Positions 1 to 11,728 of a stretch of DNA of 20,000 nucleotides are shown here, piece by piece. Numbering within the stretch: position 1 is the first letter of the stretch; each line of letters starts with the position of its first letter. A program made the translations under genes and the position numbers. Under the pieces are notes generated by a model, which ran no database searches, was not told where the DNA came from, and was given only the letters and a program-made list of their open reading frames with translations. This stretch comes from Perkinsus olseni (Eukaryota), in NCBI GenBank assembly GCA_013115125.1, contig JABANN010000071.1:60933-80932 (forward strand), in the 5' to 3' direction.

Positions 1-3000
1 AACTGTTTGATCTTATCGTCCAGAGTGCCCTCAGCCTCGAGTTCTTGGTACCTGGGGGAGAACTCACGAGCGATGACAGAAGCCTATGAGAGCATACTTG
101 CGGTAGAGCTGAAGAGCGGCCCTTGCATCCTCGACGCTGCAATGCGTGTCCGTTTGGATAGAGCTTCCCAGGAGATGCTGAGCCAGGAACTTCAGTGATA
201 GATATCGCTGACCGGGGAGATGGAACAGCTCGACGGTATCCCGGATGTTGCGCTGGGGCACGAAGAGGTTGATAATCCTGAGCATCCAGAGTAGAGTACT
301 AATATTTAAAGACAACTGCCTACCTGAAGTCGGTGGACAGGCCGTGACCGACAAAGCGGCAACCACAATCAACTAGGAAGCGCAGCTTCTCGCACACGGA
401 CTTGCTGCTGACCAACCAGTGCCTGGATGTCTTGGGATCGAGATCACCAGGGACGAGACCTAAGATGGGGGGATGCGAGAGCCATGCAGATGACGTAGGA
501 GCTCACCAGAGAAGCGCGTGACGAAGTCCTTGATCTCTGACTCATCTATCCGCAAATAATGGTCGATGAAGGGCGTGCCCTCCTTGATGCCTTCGTCCCC
601 ATCATCAGGATTCATCGGATCAGCTCGCAGCACAGATACTCGGCCAACAGCCATCTCGCCGGGGGAGGAGACCTCCTTACTGCCGTCCTCGCGGATCTCG
701 ACGCTAGCCAGGCCCATGGCGACAAATTCGGCATCTAATGCAACGGTGAGACCACCGTGGAGCAGCCGGTCGATCTCCTTCTCTGTCAAAGGCACGAAGT
801 TGCGAGTAATTCTGGCGGACTCAGGATCAGCGTTAAGGCAATGGTCCTCGAGGAACATATCCAAACTGCAATGACAACCAGGAGGTATCGTCCCCATCTG
901 AAGGGAAAACCGAACGTCATCCACTCTGCCACTGTTGAGCTTGAGGCCTACCCCGTCTGGGTGAAGGGTAGCCGAGGACAATGGTGTTGCGGTACCAAGC
1001 TGTCTATCGTGCACTGCCACTTGTGCCAACGACCGCTTCTGAACATAAACTGCAAGAACGGGCGTCCTCCACTCCGGACCGAAGTCCACAGCTTCTTGTC
1101 TGAAATACGGTGAGTGGAAAGCAATACCACACCATGAGTAACTCCTCACCGTGCGCTAGGGGTAATGACAAAGTCGTTGAGCACCATCCAGTTGGAGTCC
1201 TCCTCCTCGTCCTCTTCAGTTGAGGTTGCCCCCTCGCTTGTGGGTGGTGATGGTGATACCGAGTCCCCATGGCCCGATCCAGCACCACTTCCCACGGAGC
1301 TGGCTGCTGCAGCATACGACCGCCCAGCCACGGCGGCTGCATAACTGAACGGTCGTGGGATCTGGGAGCTGCTGAGTGATGCCTGGTAAGTGGGACTAGG
1401 GTGTGATACCACTCCGGGAGACATAAACCTAGTAGGAGTGCCTTTCGGTGGGGTAGGTATCACACCAACACCAGCAGGGGTGCCTGCTACCCCAACGCCA
1501 GCCCCAACGGCAGCAGCACCCTCAGCGGGAGGTGGTGGCCCTCGGGCTGATGAGCTCATACTCGGGCCTCTTGCAGTACCACTAGTCCTGTATGTATCCG
1601 TATGGTAGTCGGGAGGTATGTTGGTTATACCGACTAGATGCCCTTGAGGGCACTTCCTCTTTGGTCGGTCCCTCACATGTAAGGCTACCGACTGCAGCTC
1701 GTACTTGTAGTAGTTACCCCTAGGCCTTGGGAGGGCGTTGCTATTGTTGTTCTTAGCGCTGATAGAGTACGGCTTAGTGGTGGAGACGTCTGTGATTAAT
1801 GTACGGTCATGGGGGTCATTGTACCCCAGCCACAGCGTTGCGGGCAGAAAATCTCTACCACCAACGGACCAGAATGCAGCTTGAGTTTCAGTCCTCGGGC
1901 AAATGTCCATCAGCAGGACCGGGGGACTACCATGCCCACCCACGAGCGATGGTCGTAGCATGCTGACAAAAGCAGCATGGTCTGGTTTAAGGGCATGCCC
2001 GTCATCAGCCTCGTCGCTATCCTCAGTTGCCGCCTCTCCGTGAGTGCCACCATCAGTGTCCGTCTCGCTTTCTCCGGATTCACTCTCCTGCGTTGTTTCG
2101 CCATGCGGCTCTCCTTCCTCGTCCTCCTCGGTACTGGTGGCGGCGGCGGCCTCGGCATCACGACATCTCTCTACAGCCTCTTGCAGTTCCTCATCACTCG
2201 GGAGCTGTAGCGTGACGAACGGGCTCGCAGGGACACCGTGCGGAGGGGACAGACCGAAGAGCCTCGACACTATGTTGGCCGATGGGTGATGGCGTATGGC
2301 TGATAACGGCGGCGAGTATCCACTGGGTAGAGGGGAGGATCCCCGGGAGGAGGGACTCGAACTAGCAGTACGCTTGCATGACAGTAGCACGTGCTTGAGT
2401 AGGAGTATCCCTTTATGCCCCATGCTGAGGGCCGGGTGGTTGCTGTCAACGGGCTCACGAAGCTCCGCCGGTGCTGTTGCCTTCAATGTCCTCAGCAGTC
2501 GAGTACATTGGCATATCTGAAGAAGACGAGTAGCGGTTGGAGTGGTATCGATAGTATTACCCTATTGCTAGCGAACATCAACTGTTCCATCATACGGAAG
2601 ACATAGCCTAGTTCGCAATACACGCATACAACCTCAGTACACACGTGTTTCTCAGCAGCTTGCATCAATGGCCGGATGAAGTAGAGGATCTAAGCATCAC
2701 GATGACGATGGAGGGCCTTGAGGATGCCCATGCGGTGGGCTACATGGGTTATGGCATTATTGCAGAACTCTATGCCATTCCAATTACTGCCACCGTAGCT
2801 GTTGTCGAGGCCGCATACAAACCTCGAACGATTGTACTTGGCGAAGGGGAAGCGGTTATAGTTCTGACCGTGATCGATCTCGGTGAACTGGAACCTGAAG
2901 GGCCTCGTATAACGAGCATGTCACTACGGTATGATGATGATGACACTACCGTCGAGGTATCCTGGTCAGACCAGTGACAGGGTCCTTCTCCTCCTCTGCA

Positions 3001-6000
3001 CTCTCGGTCAGAATGTCCGAAAGCTGTGATTCAGCACGGGGTTGCCTGCAGGCACACACAGTCTAAGCCGCTCAGTAGCGATAGAATCTTAGCATATCAG
3101 CGGTACCTATGTCGTCTATCCCTTCTCATCGTCCTCAACTCCTCCGACACTTCCTTCATCAGGGTGGTCGTGTGCCACAGTATCGTATCGCTCTCTATTG
3201 GTGGGTCAGTTGCGGACCTCCTCATGTGCACCACGGGTATCCTAGAAGCTGCTCTTGGACTGTCAGGGTGCTTCGTGATATCTATACCTGACACCACTCA
3301 ATAGCCCCCTTTCCGCGGAGGCAGCAGGGAAGCCCACCTTGACCTCTAGCTGCATCCTTAACCGCGGGCAACATCATCTGAGGAGGGCGTAGGCGACGGC
3401 AGCCATCCTGTTCATCATCATAGTAAGCCCCAGGTAGGTTATTGTACTGCCTAGAGTAATAGGAGGAGTACAGCACAGCCAATGGCGGCTTGAAGTTATC
3501 GTCACCTATGCTCCTCATCATCAGCCATTGGCTGTAGCCCGACTGGCCACAGTGGCATAGTGTCCTGGTAGTTGTAGATAATATTGTTGGTTCGACGATC
3601 CATCACACACATCGGCCGCTGCCGTACTGCTCGGGCTTCCTCAGCCAGTACACGATTATCGGTCGACCCATCCAACATACCCGTCACTAGATGGCGAGAT
3701 CTCGGGTTGTGAGGAGCTGAGGGGCACTCCTTGTCAGCTGGGGCGAGGTGGTGAAGATACGGTACTACCTGTGGGGTTGGAATATTGATTAACCCTAGCA
3801 TGCATGCCCTGAGACTGCATCGCATTCTCTGATACTGTTTGCCATAGGTGTATCCAACCGTTATTATCCAACAGCGCCGCCTGAGTACAGTACCACACCA
3901 TCGCCAATTCACACGTTGCTCAGTACATTACCGTTCCACCGGTGCTGGCTATGTCCATATCTATGACCTCTCCCATCACTTCCTTACCCCCACCCGAGGA
4001 GGACGACCCGACCCCATCACCACAAGACCCAACAGTCGAGCTGTCGGACCTAGCAGACTGCACTGAGGAGCCGCGTCGGGCATGGCAACTCGTCTTACAT
4101 AGAGCTCCGCGCTATTACTGTGTTCTTATACCCTCTTGGGTGCCCCACCGCTACGGTTTTATAGTACCTACCACAACATCCAGCGAGGGAGGCGTGGCGG
4201 GTCGAAGGCCTACGCTGGGGACATGAGCTGGGATGCTCCTGGGACAAAGTCAGCTTGCTGCCACATACCATGTACGTTGAGTAGTATGACAGATGACGGT
4301 AGGGCAGGATGGAACCTACTCCCCCAACAGTTCGCACTGCAGCCCACCCTTCCAAGGTACCACTACTTTGCCATGTATGCGCCCGTAGGACACGATATGG
4401 GTAAAGCTTGGCGTAGTGTACGGATGTCGAAAACCTTCAAGAACACGTCTGGTCCGACTATAGATCCCGGGCCTTCTCTGAGAATAGAGGCAATTCATAG
4501 CACTCATCGTCAAATAATTATCCCACCTCTTGCCACAGCTGATGAGCCAGTGGTCTCTGCTACTCAGGGTAGTTATCTCCCGAGGGTGAGCATTGAGGGT
4601 TGTGAGGACCTACACGCAAGCGGGTCTCGACGGCAGGAGTACTGGAAGGAGCGGGACTGTGATACCTTCGGAACTCTGCCGTCTACAAAGCTGATACTAC
4701 CATCAGTCCCGCCCATACACAGGACCGACGACCGCTGTGGATTGTGCAGTACTGAACACCCGTGGGGCACCTGAAAGGACCGTAGCGATGCAGGTGCACT
4801 TGAGGGTATTATTACGTCAATGAAGGTGCTAAGGGAACCCGCTTGCATGTCCACGAAAAACAGTGTCCTTTTCTCGCCACCGACCACTAGATGGGATGGG
4901 TTCGGTTGGTAGAACTCAGCACTGCGTATCACCTAAGGATGACAAACTTGTCGTGTGCTGCTGGCTGTAGGCGGTCGAACGTAGTACGTTGCCATTGGAC
5001 CCCATTCTGTGTATGGTCTTATCATCCATTATGTAATGACGGACCCCTCCTCTAGTGTGAAAATGAATGCTATGAGGGGTCACTGATATCACCCCAGACT
5101 GGTCGAAGAGTAGATGCTGCACCGGGTTGTAGGTGGCAACAACCCCACCATTGGAGACGGGAGAGCAACAGCCACCGCTCTCGCCGTCACAACCCTCATC
5201 GAAAATACTACGCTCCAACCTGACGAGGATCACCATAACCACTAATCACGACTATGCGGCAGTGGTACTGAAAACGGGTATAGTCGGTGAGCCCTCCATT
5301 GGCTGTGAACTGCATGGAGGCCAGTCGGCCCTGTTGTGTGCCAACCCAGAGAAGATCCTCAAACCTGAGGTAGTAGAGCATAGAGTGAAGACAGGCTGGA
5401 TGGTATGGGGACTTACGGGTCCCATCGTAGGAGTGTGGGGTGGTCGTTCTGGTTGAGCAATGCTGGGCACATAGAGTGTTGCTGCATGACCTGAGGGTGG
5501 TGGTGATACACACTGTGTATTACACAGGGGGAGGGCCACTGATTACCTGTATCCAGGTATTGCCATGACTCTGATTCACTGGGTTATTGGCGGGCGGCAT
5601 CCCGCCTCCACCAGCCATCATAGGCACCGAGGTGCTACGCAGAGGCCCACCTGGACCATTGGGCGCTGGTCCTCCGGCATCCATCATGTACTGATATTAG
5701 GAATAACTACAACCAATACTAGGGCTCATGGTGACCTACCCCGTAGTGAGGGTCTGCTGGCGGCGGGTGGTGATACTCATCCATGCTGGACATCATCATC
5801 ATACGCGGCGGGGGCATAGGGCCAACCATACCACCTGTGCCAGCACTACCGACAGAACCCACTACAGCCTGTCCTTACTACCTGGCCCAGGCTCCATCAT
5901 CCCTTGGTGATGTGGTAATGGAGGAGGCCCTCCGCCTCCCCCAGGTAACAGCATCCCCGAGTGTTGCATGAGTGGTGGGGGAGGGCCGGACATGGGATTA

Positions 6001-6526
6001 CCCATCATCATTGGCGGTCCATTGTGATGATGATGGCCCCCAAAGGCAGGCATCGGCATTGGCTGCATGTGCATCGAGGGAGATGGCGACATAGTATGCA
6101 TTGGGCCAGCACTGTTGCCGTTACTATTACTGCCGTTGGCTGGTGGAGGGCCGACTCCCAGGGCCGGCGGGGGACCGATGTATCCTCGGGGGGAGGCAGG
6201 GCCTCGAGAATACAATGACGCAGGGAAGGGAGGCCCTGAGGGAGGGCAGTCGAGAGTAACAACCTACTTAGTAGACTACCATTGGAAGGCATCTGGGTCT
6301 GTGGCGGAGGTGGTGGGGGGTGCATCAGCTGTGTATTTGCTGATGATGCCGATCCCCCTCCCCCTCCGCTGGACGACGATGATGACGGCCGAGGCTGCTG
6401 CTGGGACGATTGGGGTATCCGCACATCGTAAGTGCTACCACCAGCGCTGCTGCTGCTGTTGTTGTTGCTGTTTCCAGGGGCCAGAGCCACGGATGGCTGC
6501 GGCTGTGGCTGACGCCCAAAGTACAT
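1..6526 (-). CDS. PAN2: PAN2 poly(A)-specific ribonuclease (PAN2-PAN3 deadenylase catalytic subunit); multi-exon, 3' end beyond window start
   Basis: ATG at 6526. Hand-spliced exons give the canonical order WD40 - pseudo-UCH - DEDDh nuclease. WD40: WDPFEDLLWVGTQQGRLASMQF..DYTRF, ~4100-5460. UCH: FPFAKYNRSRFVCGLDN..EFCNNAITHILYFIRP..CVYCELGYVFRMM, YELQSVALHV..GHLV, WMVLNDFVITP, ~1160-2880. Nuclease: VALDAEFV, RFSGLVPGDLDP, FVGHGLSTDFRIINLFVP, DTVELF, THCSVEDARAALQLYRKY, ~1-750. The nuclease D-E-D-H-D residues are all present. Confidence 0.95.
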
Positions 6527-6790
6527 GTGAAGTGCTCAGTGATGAGGTATTGGTTGTAGTAGGGATGATATTAATAGGTGGAGGAGGCCAATGCCAAACT
6601 CAGCAGGGCATACTTTACTATCGAGGCAGACGCAGTCCAGCAAGAAAAGCAACATCAACTCAACCAGATTGATGATAAAAAGGGGAAACTGAATTTGGAC
6701 CACAGAGCCAGCAGCAGTCGACACCAACGAAGCTGCCTTTCACCACCGCTCAGGCATGCTCTTCCACGTAGCGTTCATACTGCGGGAGGG

Positions 6791-9700
6791 TTAGGCCGCC
6801 GCCCTGTTATTGAATGATGCACGAATGGCAAGCAATACACCACCCTACCCGGATGACGGAACTGATGCTGATGATGGTTGGAGGAAAGCTTCTGCCTGCC
6901 CGTCCGTTACAGTCGATGCTGCTGCCTCAGCGGTGGTGATGTACGTGATCTTCTTTGCTCGAATACCTACGACATCGTCATGGCAACTGGGAAGGCAACC
7001 CTAAACGTACGCTCCGCAAGGTACGGGCTATCCTTGTAGTCGGCTAGACTATCATCCAGGAACCTGCACAGCGCTGTTCCGCTACACAGTAGCTCCAACT
7101 GATACCAAAGCCTACCTATGGTAGTCTCCAACAGCCACCGGGTCATCACCATAACAGAGGGCTGCTTGCCTCATTGCTACCACACAATCCACTGCTTTGT
7201 CGATGTAACTAGGGGGTAATCATGAGGGCAAGGAGAATCAATATGGGCGGTACTCGTAGCCTGGCTGTTGCAGCAGCCGAGCTGTCACTTCTGCCATCTT
7301 CTGGAAGGCTTCATTCAAGAGAGCACTGGTCACCCCAGGACCTGTCTTGGTCTACTGCATCACTCACCATGCATCGCCCTCACTTACCGTACACGGCTGT
7401 GGTGAAGTCCCGCACCGGTGTGGTCATCCCAATTTGAATCTGCGGGAACATCTCTGGCCTCCCCACCGCGCTCTGCTGTGCTGATGTCGATGGGGCTCCC
7501 GACAGATGAGGATTGGAGGAGGGAAAATCAAAGACCTGCATCACGCAACTATCGCATGGCGTTGAGGGTACGCAGAGGCCAGCCGACCAGCTTGGTAGGG
7601 TCCACGCTAGGAGGCTTCTTGGACGACTCTCCCGCCTCTCGGTTGGCGATGTCCCTCCAGTACCTTGGTTCATGTTCACGTAGCAGCAGCCTCAGTGATT
7701 CCCTTCTACCTCTTGTTTTTCTTCTTATTATCAACTGGTACTTTAACAAGAGGGAACACATCCCGCAAGGCATTGACGTCCTTTATGAAGCGTGCCTCGA
7801 TGATCCTCTCCGGATGCAGGTATCTACGGTAGTACCATCACCCGTACTCATCCCCAAAAGGAGTAGCCCACGTGTCAATCTGCTTATCAATCTCTACTAT
7901 CGGGGCATCAGGGTCCTCAGCTCGTCGAATAACCTACACGAACAACCAATCGCCACCGCTCCGCTCCGATGCTATCAATCATCACCGTTCGCCAGAATCG
8001 GAGTAGAGTCGGATTATAGATGTGCTTCATCTTCAGCAGCTCATGGTAGTCCCCGTCATCTTCGAGGTTCATAGAGTCCATCAACCTCTAGCAGGAACAC
8101 CAGGCTACTGTCAAGGGAACAGCGGGGAGGGATGGGCTACATCAACAGCAAGCGACTCCTTATCCGCCAACTCCGTAGCAAAATCGTCAAATATTATACC
8201 ATCAGTACGGACGTCGTCGCTGAACGGTAGTTGGTTCATGTAGAGACAGGTGTGACTGAGGGAACACACCTCACCAGGAGCATCTCCACCTTGCGCAGCT
8301 TACCTATTTGATACATGAGGGGCAAGGCATACGTACTTGGGCTTAACATCATTACGAAAGCAGTATCGTGCCAGCATAAACTGAAATGGTCATACCCCCT
8401 GCGACCTGCGTACTGCCGCTGGGACAGTACCACTCCCATCGTTTGCATTGCTTTGATAAGGCTGCTCAGAGCCTTAGCGGCATCGAGATTATTGGGCTCG
8501 GCAGCCACACACTCAATAGACTCCCCTATCATGAGTCTGAAGAGACCTGGCAATCCACCCTTACCCTCATGCCAGTACTCCTACTCCTCAGGTATCGTAT
8601 CCAATCGGGCAAAGCCCAGCATCGTGAGGCACTTATCCGAATGGTACTTCAAGGAGGCTTCATCAGAAGTCGCAAAGGGCACGTACTGGGTACCGTACTT
8701 GTATGCTTTCACCCCTACAACATCACTGGTCAGGGGGGCCCTTTGCAGTAGTGGCATAGATAATACTATCATCCGCCGGTATGGCTTCCCCATCAGGGTC
8801 GTCCACGGCATAGTAGGCTCTATCCAGCTTGACAGGTGCTGATGATTGAGCACCTCGAGAGATGTGATCGGTGATGTCTGTGTACTGGCTGCTGACGGTA
8901 CTTTCCTTTCCTAGTGTAGGCAGTGTGACTTTACTCGTCTTGAGATAGCACCATACAGGAATCTTCATGTACTTGGTGAACTCGAGGTCAACTCGGCACT
9001 TAGATATCTGCTGAGTATCTTTGCTTTTCACCTACGAATATACACATGACTCTCGAGAGGACTAGCCGATACCACACCTGCCCCAACAAATCGAACAGCG
9101 TGGCCTCCTGAAGGTACTGTCCCCTCTCCGACTGTGCTACCAGTGACTCGAACACAGTATGGACCTCAGGCAAAGGAGCTGAGAAGCATCATACAGGAGA
9201 CGCGGCATCGTGTGCCTTACTCCCGAAGGTGGCTATGATAGGCTCTATATTGAGGTTGTTCATCTGCTGGACTACACTGGGCAAATCGCCAGCACCCGTG
9301 ACAGGCGTGCAGCCATCAGTCAAGATCAGCACGGTCCTCTGGGACCTAGTAGATGACCCATGCCATCATCTACTACAGCTATATTGCTCTACTTTGCCTT
9401 GCTCTTTTCAGTGGCACTATTAATGAGGTCTAATGCTACTATCAAGGCGTTAACTATATCCGTAGAGTAAGGGCTGCCATGCTCAATGGTAGAGAGACAG
9501 CGTAACTAAAGGACGTCTGTGATACTGGTGATACACAAGCCCTAATACGTAATCGATATCTGGTATTGCAAGGTCCTTGACGACGTCTATGTTCTGGTAT
9601 CCGCAGTGCTGCAACCTATTACGTGTCCTTCGACTACCCATCAGCACCAGTGACACCTGCGTACTCTTCTTACCCACTATCAGCTTCTGTTGTATCTGTG

Positions 9701-9878
9701 CTGAATCATCACCCATCCCTGTCCCATGCGCCCTCATTACGAACAACTTAGCTGCCTCTATCGCGAGATCCACCTTCGGCCTAGGGGGCTGGTCAGAGCC
9801 AGCAGCAGCGGGGCAGGCATCGGCCATGGTCCGCCCCACGTCCATGAGAATGACGTAATACTTCTTCTGACTGGCCAT
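6791..9878 (-). CDS. KU80: Ku80 (XRCC5) DNA end-binding subunit, multi-exon
   Basis: ATG at 9878. vWA N-terminus: MASQKKYYVILMDVGRTM..KLF/IQQKLIVGKKSTQVSLVLMGS..YQNIDVVKDLAIPD, DIVNALIVALD, RTVLILTDG. Beta-barrel core: KIPVWCYLKT, KAYKYGTQYVPFATSDEASLKYHSDKCLTMLGF. Ku80-type C-terminal helical domain: IGMTTPVRDF, YIDKAVDCVVAMRQAA, ITYITTAEAAASTVTDGQAEAFL. The stop is TAG at 6845 if unspliced, or TAA at 6791 after a 45-nt intron. Confidence 0.92.
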
Positions 9879-10043
9879 GGCGGAGATAGAGAAGCTACGA
9901 AACAATAAGCCTCCGTTACCCCCTTAACTAGATGACGGTGACCACTCTGATAAAGTAACATACAAATAGTAGAACGCAGAATAATATAGACGGTAAGGAG
10001 AAATGGAGGGCGCCACACGCGTCCACAGCTATCCTCATCATCC

Positions 10044-11728
10044 CTACTCCGATACCCGCAGGACTCCACGTAGCTCGAGCTGTGTCTGATTCCCAGACAG
10101 CTCCAGCTCTAGTACTCTCAGGGCCTCCATAGGGTGCTTCCCCTGTAGCATATCATTACTGTCTCTGGCAGAGGCCTGTGGCGCTACGCCTAGTGTGATG
10201 TGGGGGTATAAGTTACCACATGGTACTGGCTGAAGGAACTGTACTGGAGCTGCGCAGACTCCCCAGTCGGAGCAGACAGCAAAGGCCGTAGTGAACGCGA
10301 AAGAGTCCCCAATCCGAGGCCATAGCTGCCGTACTAAATTCATGCTGTAGTGGTCGAAGGCGTTGGAGCTGTCCACATAGAGGAGGGTAACGTGGAACTC
10401 ATCCTTAGGGACAATCCCTCTGGCCGCCATGTACCCCCAACTCTTCCCTACTGCCCTTCTCAGGAGCCGTTGGGAATCAGTAGTAAGCTCAAGCTGAAAC
10501 ATAGTTCGGCCGACTAGTGCTGGCTCGCCTGCGTTGTTGCTAATACTAGTAGCAGCAGCCCTAGAGGTACTCTGTTGTGGTCGACGGAGCTCACTGGGTG
10601 GCCGGCGGGACTCACCCTTGCCCGTCCCCACAGGCACTATATTCTTCTCTATCCTAGCTACCTCCTGCATAGCCCTAGTAATATCATCCCCAGAGAAGTC
10701 ACCATCCTTCCCCAGAATCTGGAGTATCCTTTCTACCATCTCCCGGCGAGATAACGTCACATCAATATCACACAGCTTGGCTACAGAAAACTGCGACAGC
10801 TCCTCGTTACTAACGGGCTCCGCTTGTGCTGCTGTGCTGCCTAGAATAAAGTCAATGTCCGCGTATCGATCAATGGACTGATCGACCAACATCCTACTAC
10901 CAACACCAACCCCATGGTAGTACCTACTCTATGCTTGCCATGTCTATTCCGCACGTTCTTAGCACAGACGTCGAAGTACTTCCGTCCCTTGATCGGGTCG
11001 AAGGGCGACATGTCCTCCCCAGCCGATAATGTATCATCAGGATGCGACCACTGTATGTATATTATCTCCGGATACTCTCCATCACACGGTGCTATGGCGT
11101 TATATATATCAGACCTGACAGGCGAAGCGTCACCCCCCGGAAGCCTGACCTTCCCTCTACCTATGCCGGAACTGCGTATTAATTCTATCCACAAAGACAT
11201 ACTCTGGTTTGCCATAGTGGGTACATTGGGAGAGCTTATCGAGGAACTTCCCCTTCGCATTCCCTCCGCCTTTACTAGGCGTGCGGAACTCATCCTGATT
11301 CAACCATAACCCTCCTAGCAGGAGAGCTGCTGTCCGCATGGCCGTGCCTGATGATCCAACGAAGCATCCCCTACTCCAACCAGGTCACCAGTACTACTCT
11401 TGCCGCTCCCTTGAAGACCCCTCGCTACGACCACTGTCTGCTTCCTTCGTCTACACCGTTTGCTATCCTTAGGGCTCCCCTCCGCTTCTTCCCTCCCCTT
11501 CGGAGATACAGCCCCCTCCTTAGGTGGCTCAGACGCCGAGGAATTCACACTGGCATCAGGAACCATACCCTGCTCCTCCTCCACCGTTAGCATTCGAGCG
11601 ATCCCAGGAGAAGCATCACTCATTATAGACACCGAGCTTTCACTACTGCTGCTACTACTACTCGCCGAAGATGCTGTAGACTGGGCTCTATCCCTGGCCC
11701 CTCCTCTCTGGTCCGTCAGACTTGACAT
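10044..11728 (-). CDS. Bifunctional polynucleotide kinase / 2',3'-cyclic phosphodiesterase (Trl1 kinase + 2H CPDase domains, no ligase domain), ~512 aa
   Basis: Exons 11728-11398, 11347-11161, 11114-10928 and 10877-10044 (GT-AG introns of 50, 46 and 50 nt) splice into one frame. P-loop VVVARGLQGSGKSTAMR, then WLNQDE, VFVDRINTQFRHR and RNRHGKHRSI, which resemble Trl1 kinase motifs. These are followed by two HxT motifs of the 2H phosphoesterase fold (EFHVTLLY; YPHITLG..SNDML). The first ~90 aa are Ser/Glu-rich low complexity. Confidence 0.85.

Noticed and set aside
130-150. PAN2 HCSVEDA instead of the usual HDSIEDA as a sign of a dead nuclease
   Set aside because: The changed residue is not the catalytic His or the final Asp; all DEDDh positions are retained.
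4779-4790. ACCGTAGCGATG resembling the start of the perkinsid/dinoflagellate spliced leader
   Set aside because: Only ~8 nt match, it is antisense inside PAN2, and the TGGCTCAAG end is missing; no relic leader was seen upstream of any gene.
6536-6727. ORF ending 9 nt before the PAN2 ATG, suggesting a Ku80-PAN2 fusion or coupling
   Set aside because: Ku80 terminates at 6845 or 6791. This ORF has a non-ATG start, no recognisable homology and lies in the spacer.
4136-8842. Plus-strand ORFs of 175-218 aa (4136-4774, 6067-6672, 7418-8074, 8315-8842)
   Set aside because: They are antisense to well-supported PAN2 and Ku80 exons, have no recognisable motifs and are expected shadows at this GC content.
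9316-9387. Possible non-canonical GC donor in a Ku80 intron
   Set aside because: A GT donor 5 nt further on gives the correct frame (KSKAKSQRTVLILTDG); every intron I resolved was GT-AG.
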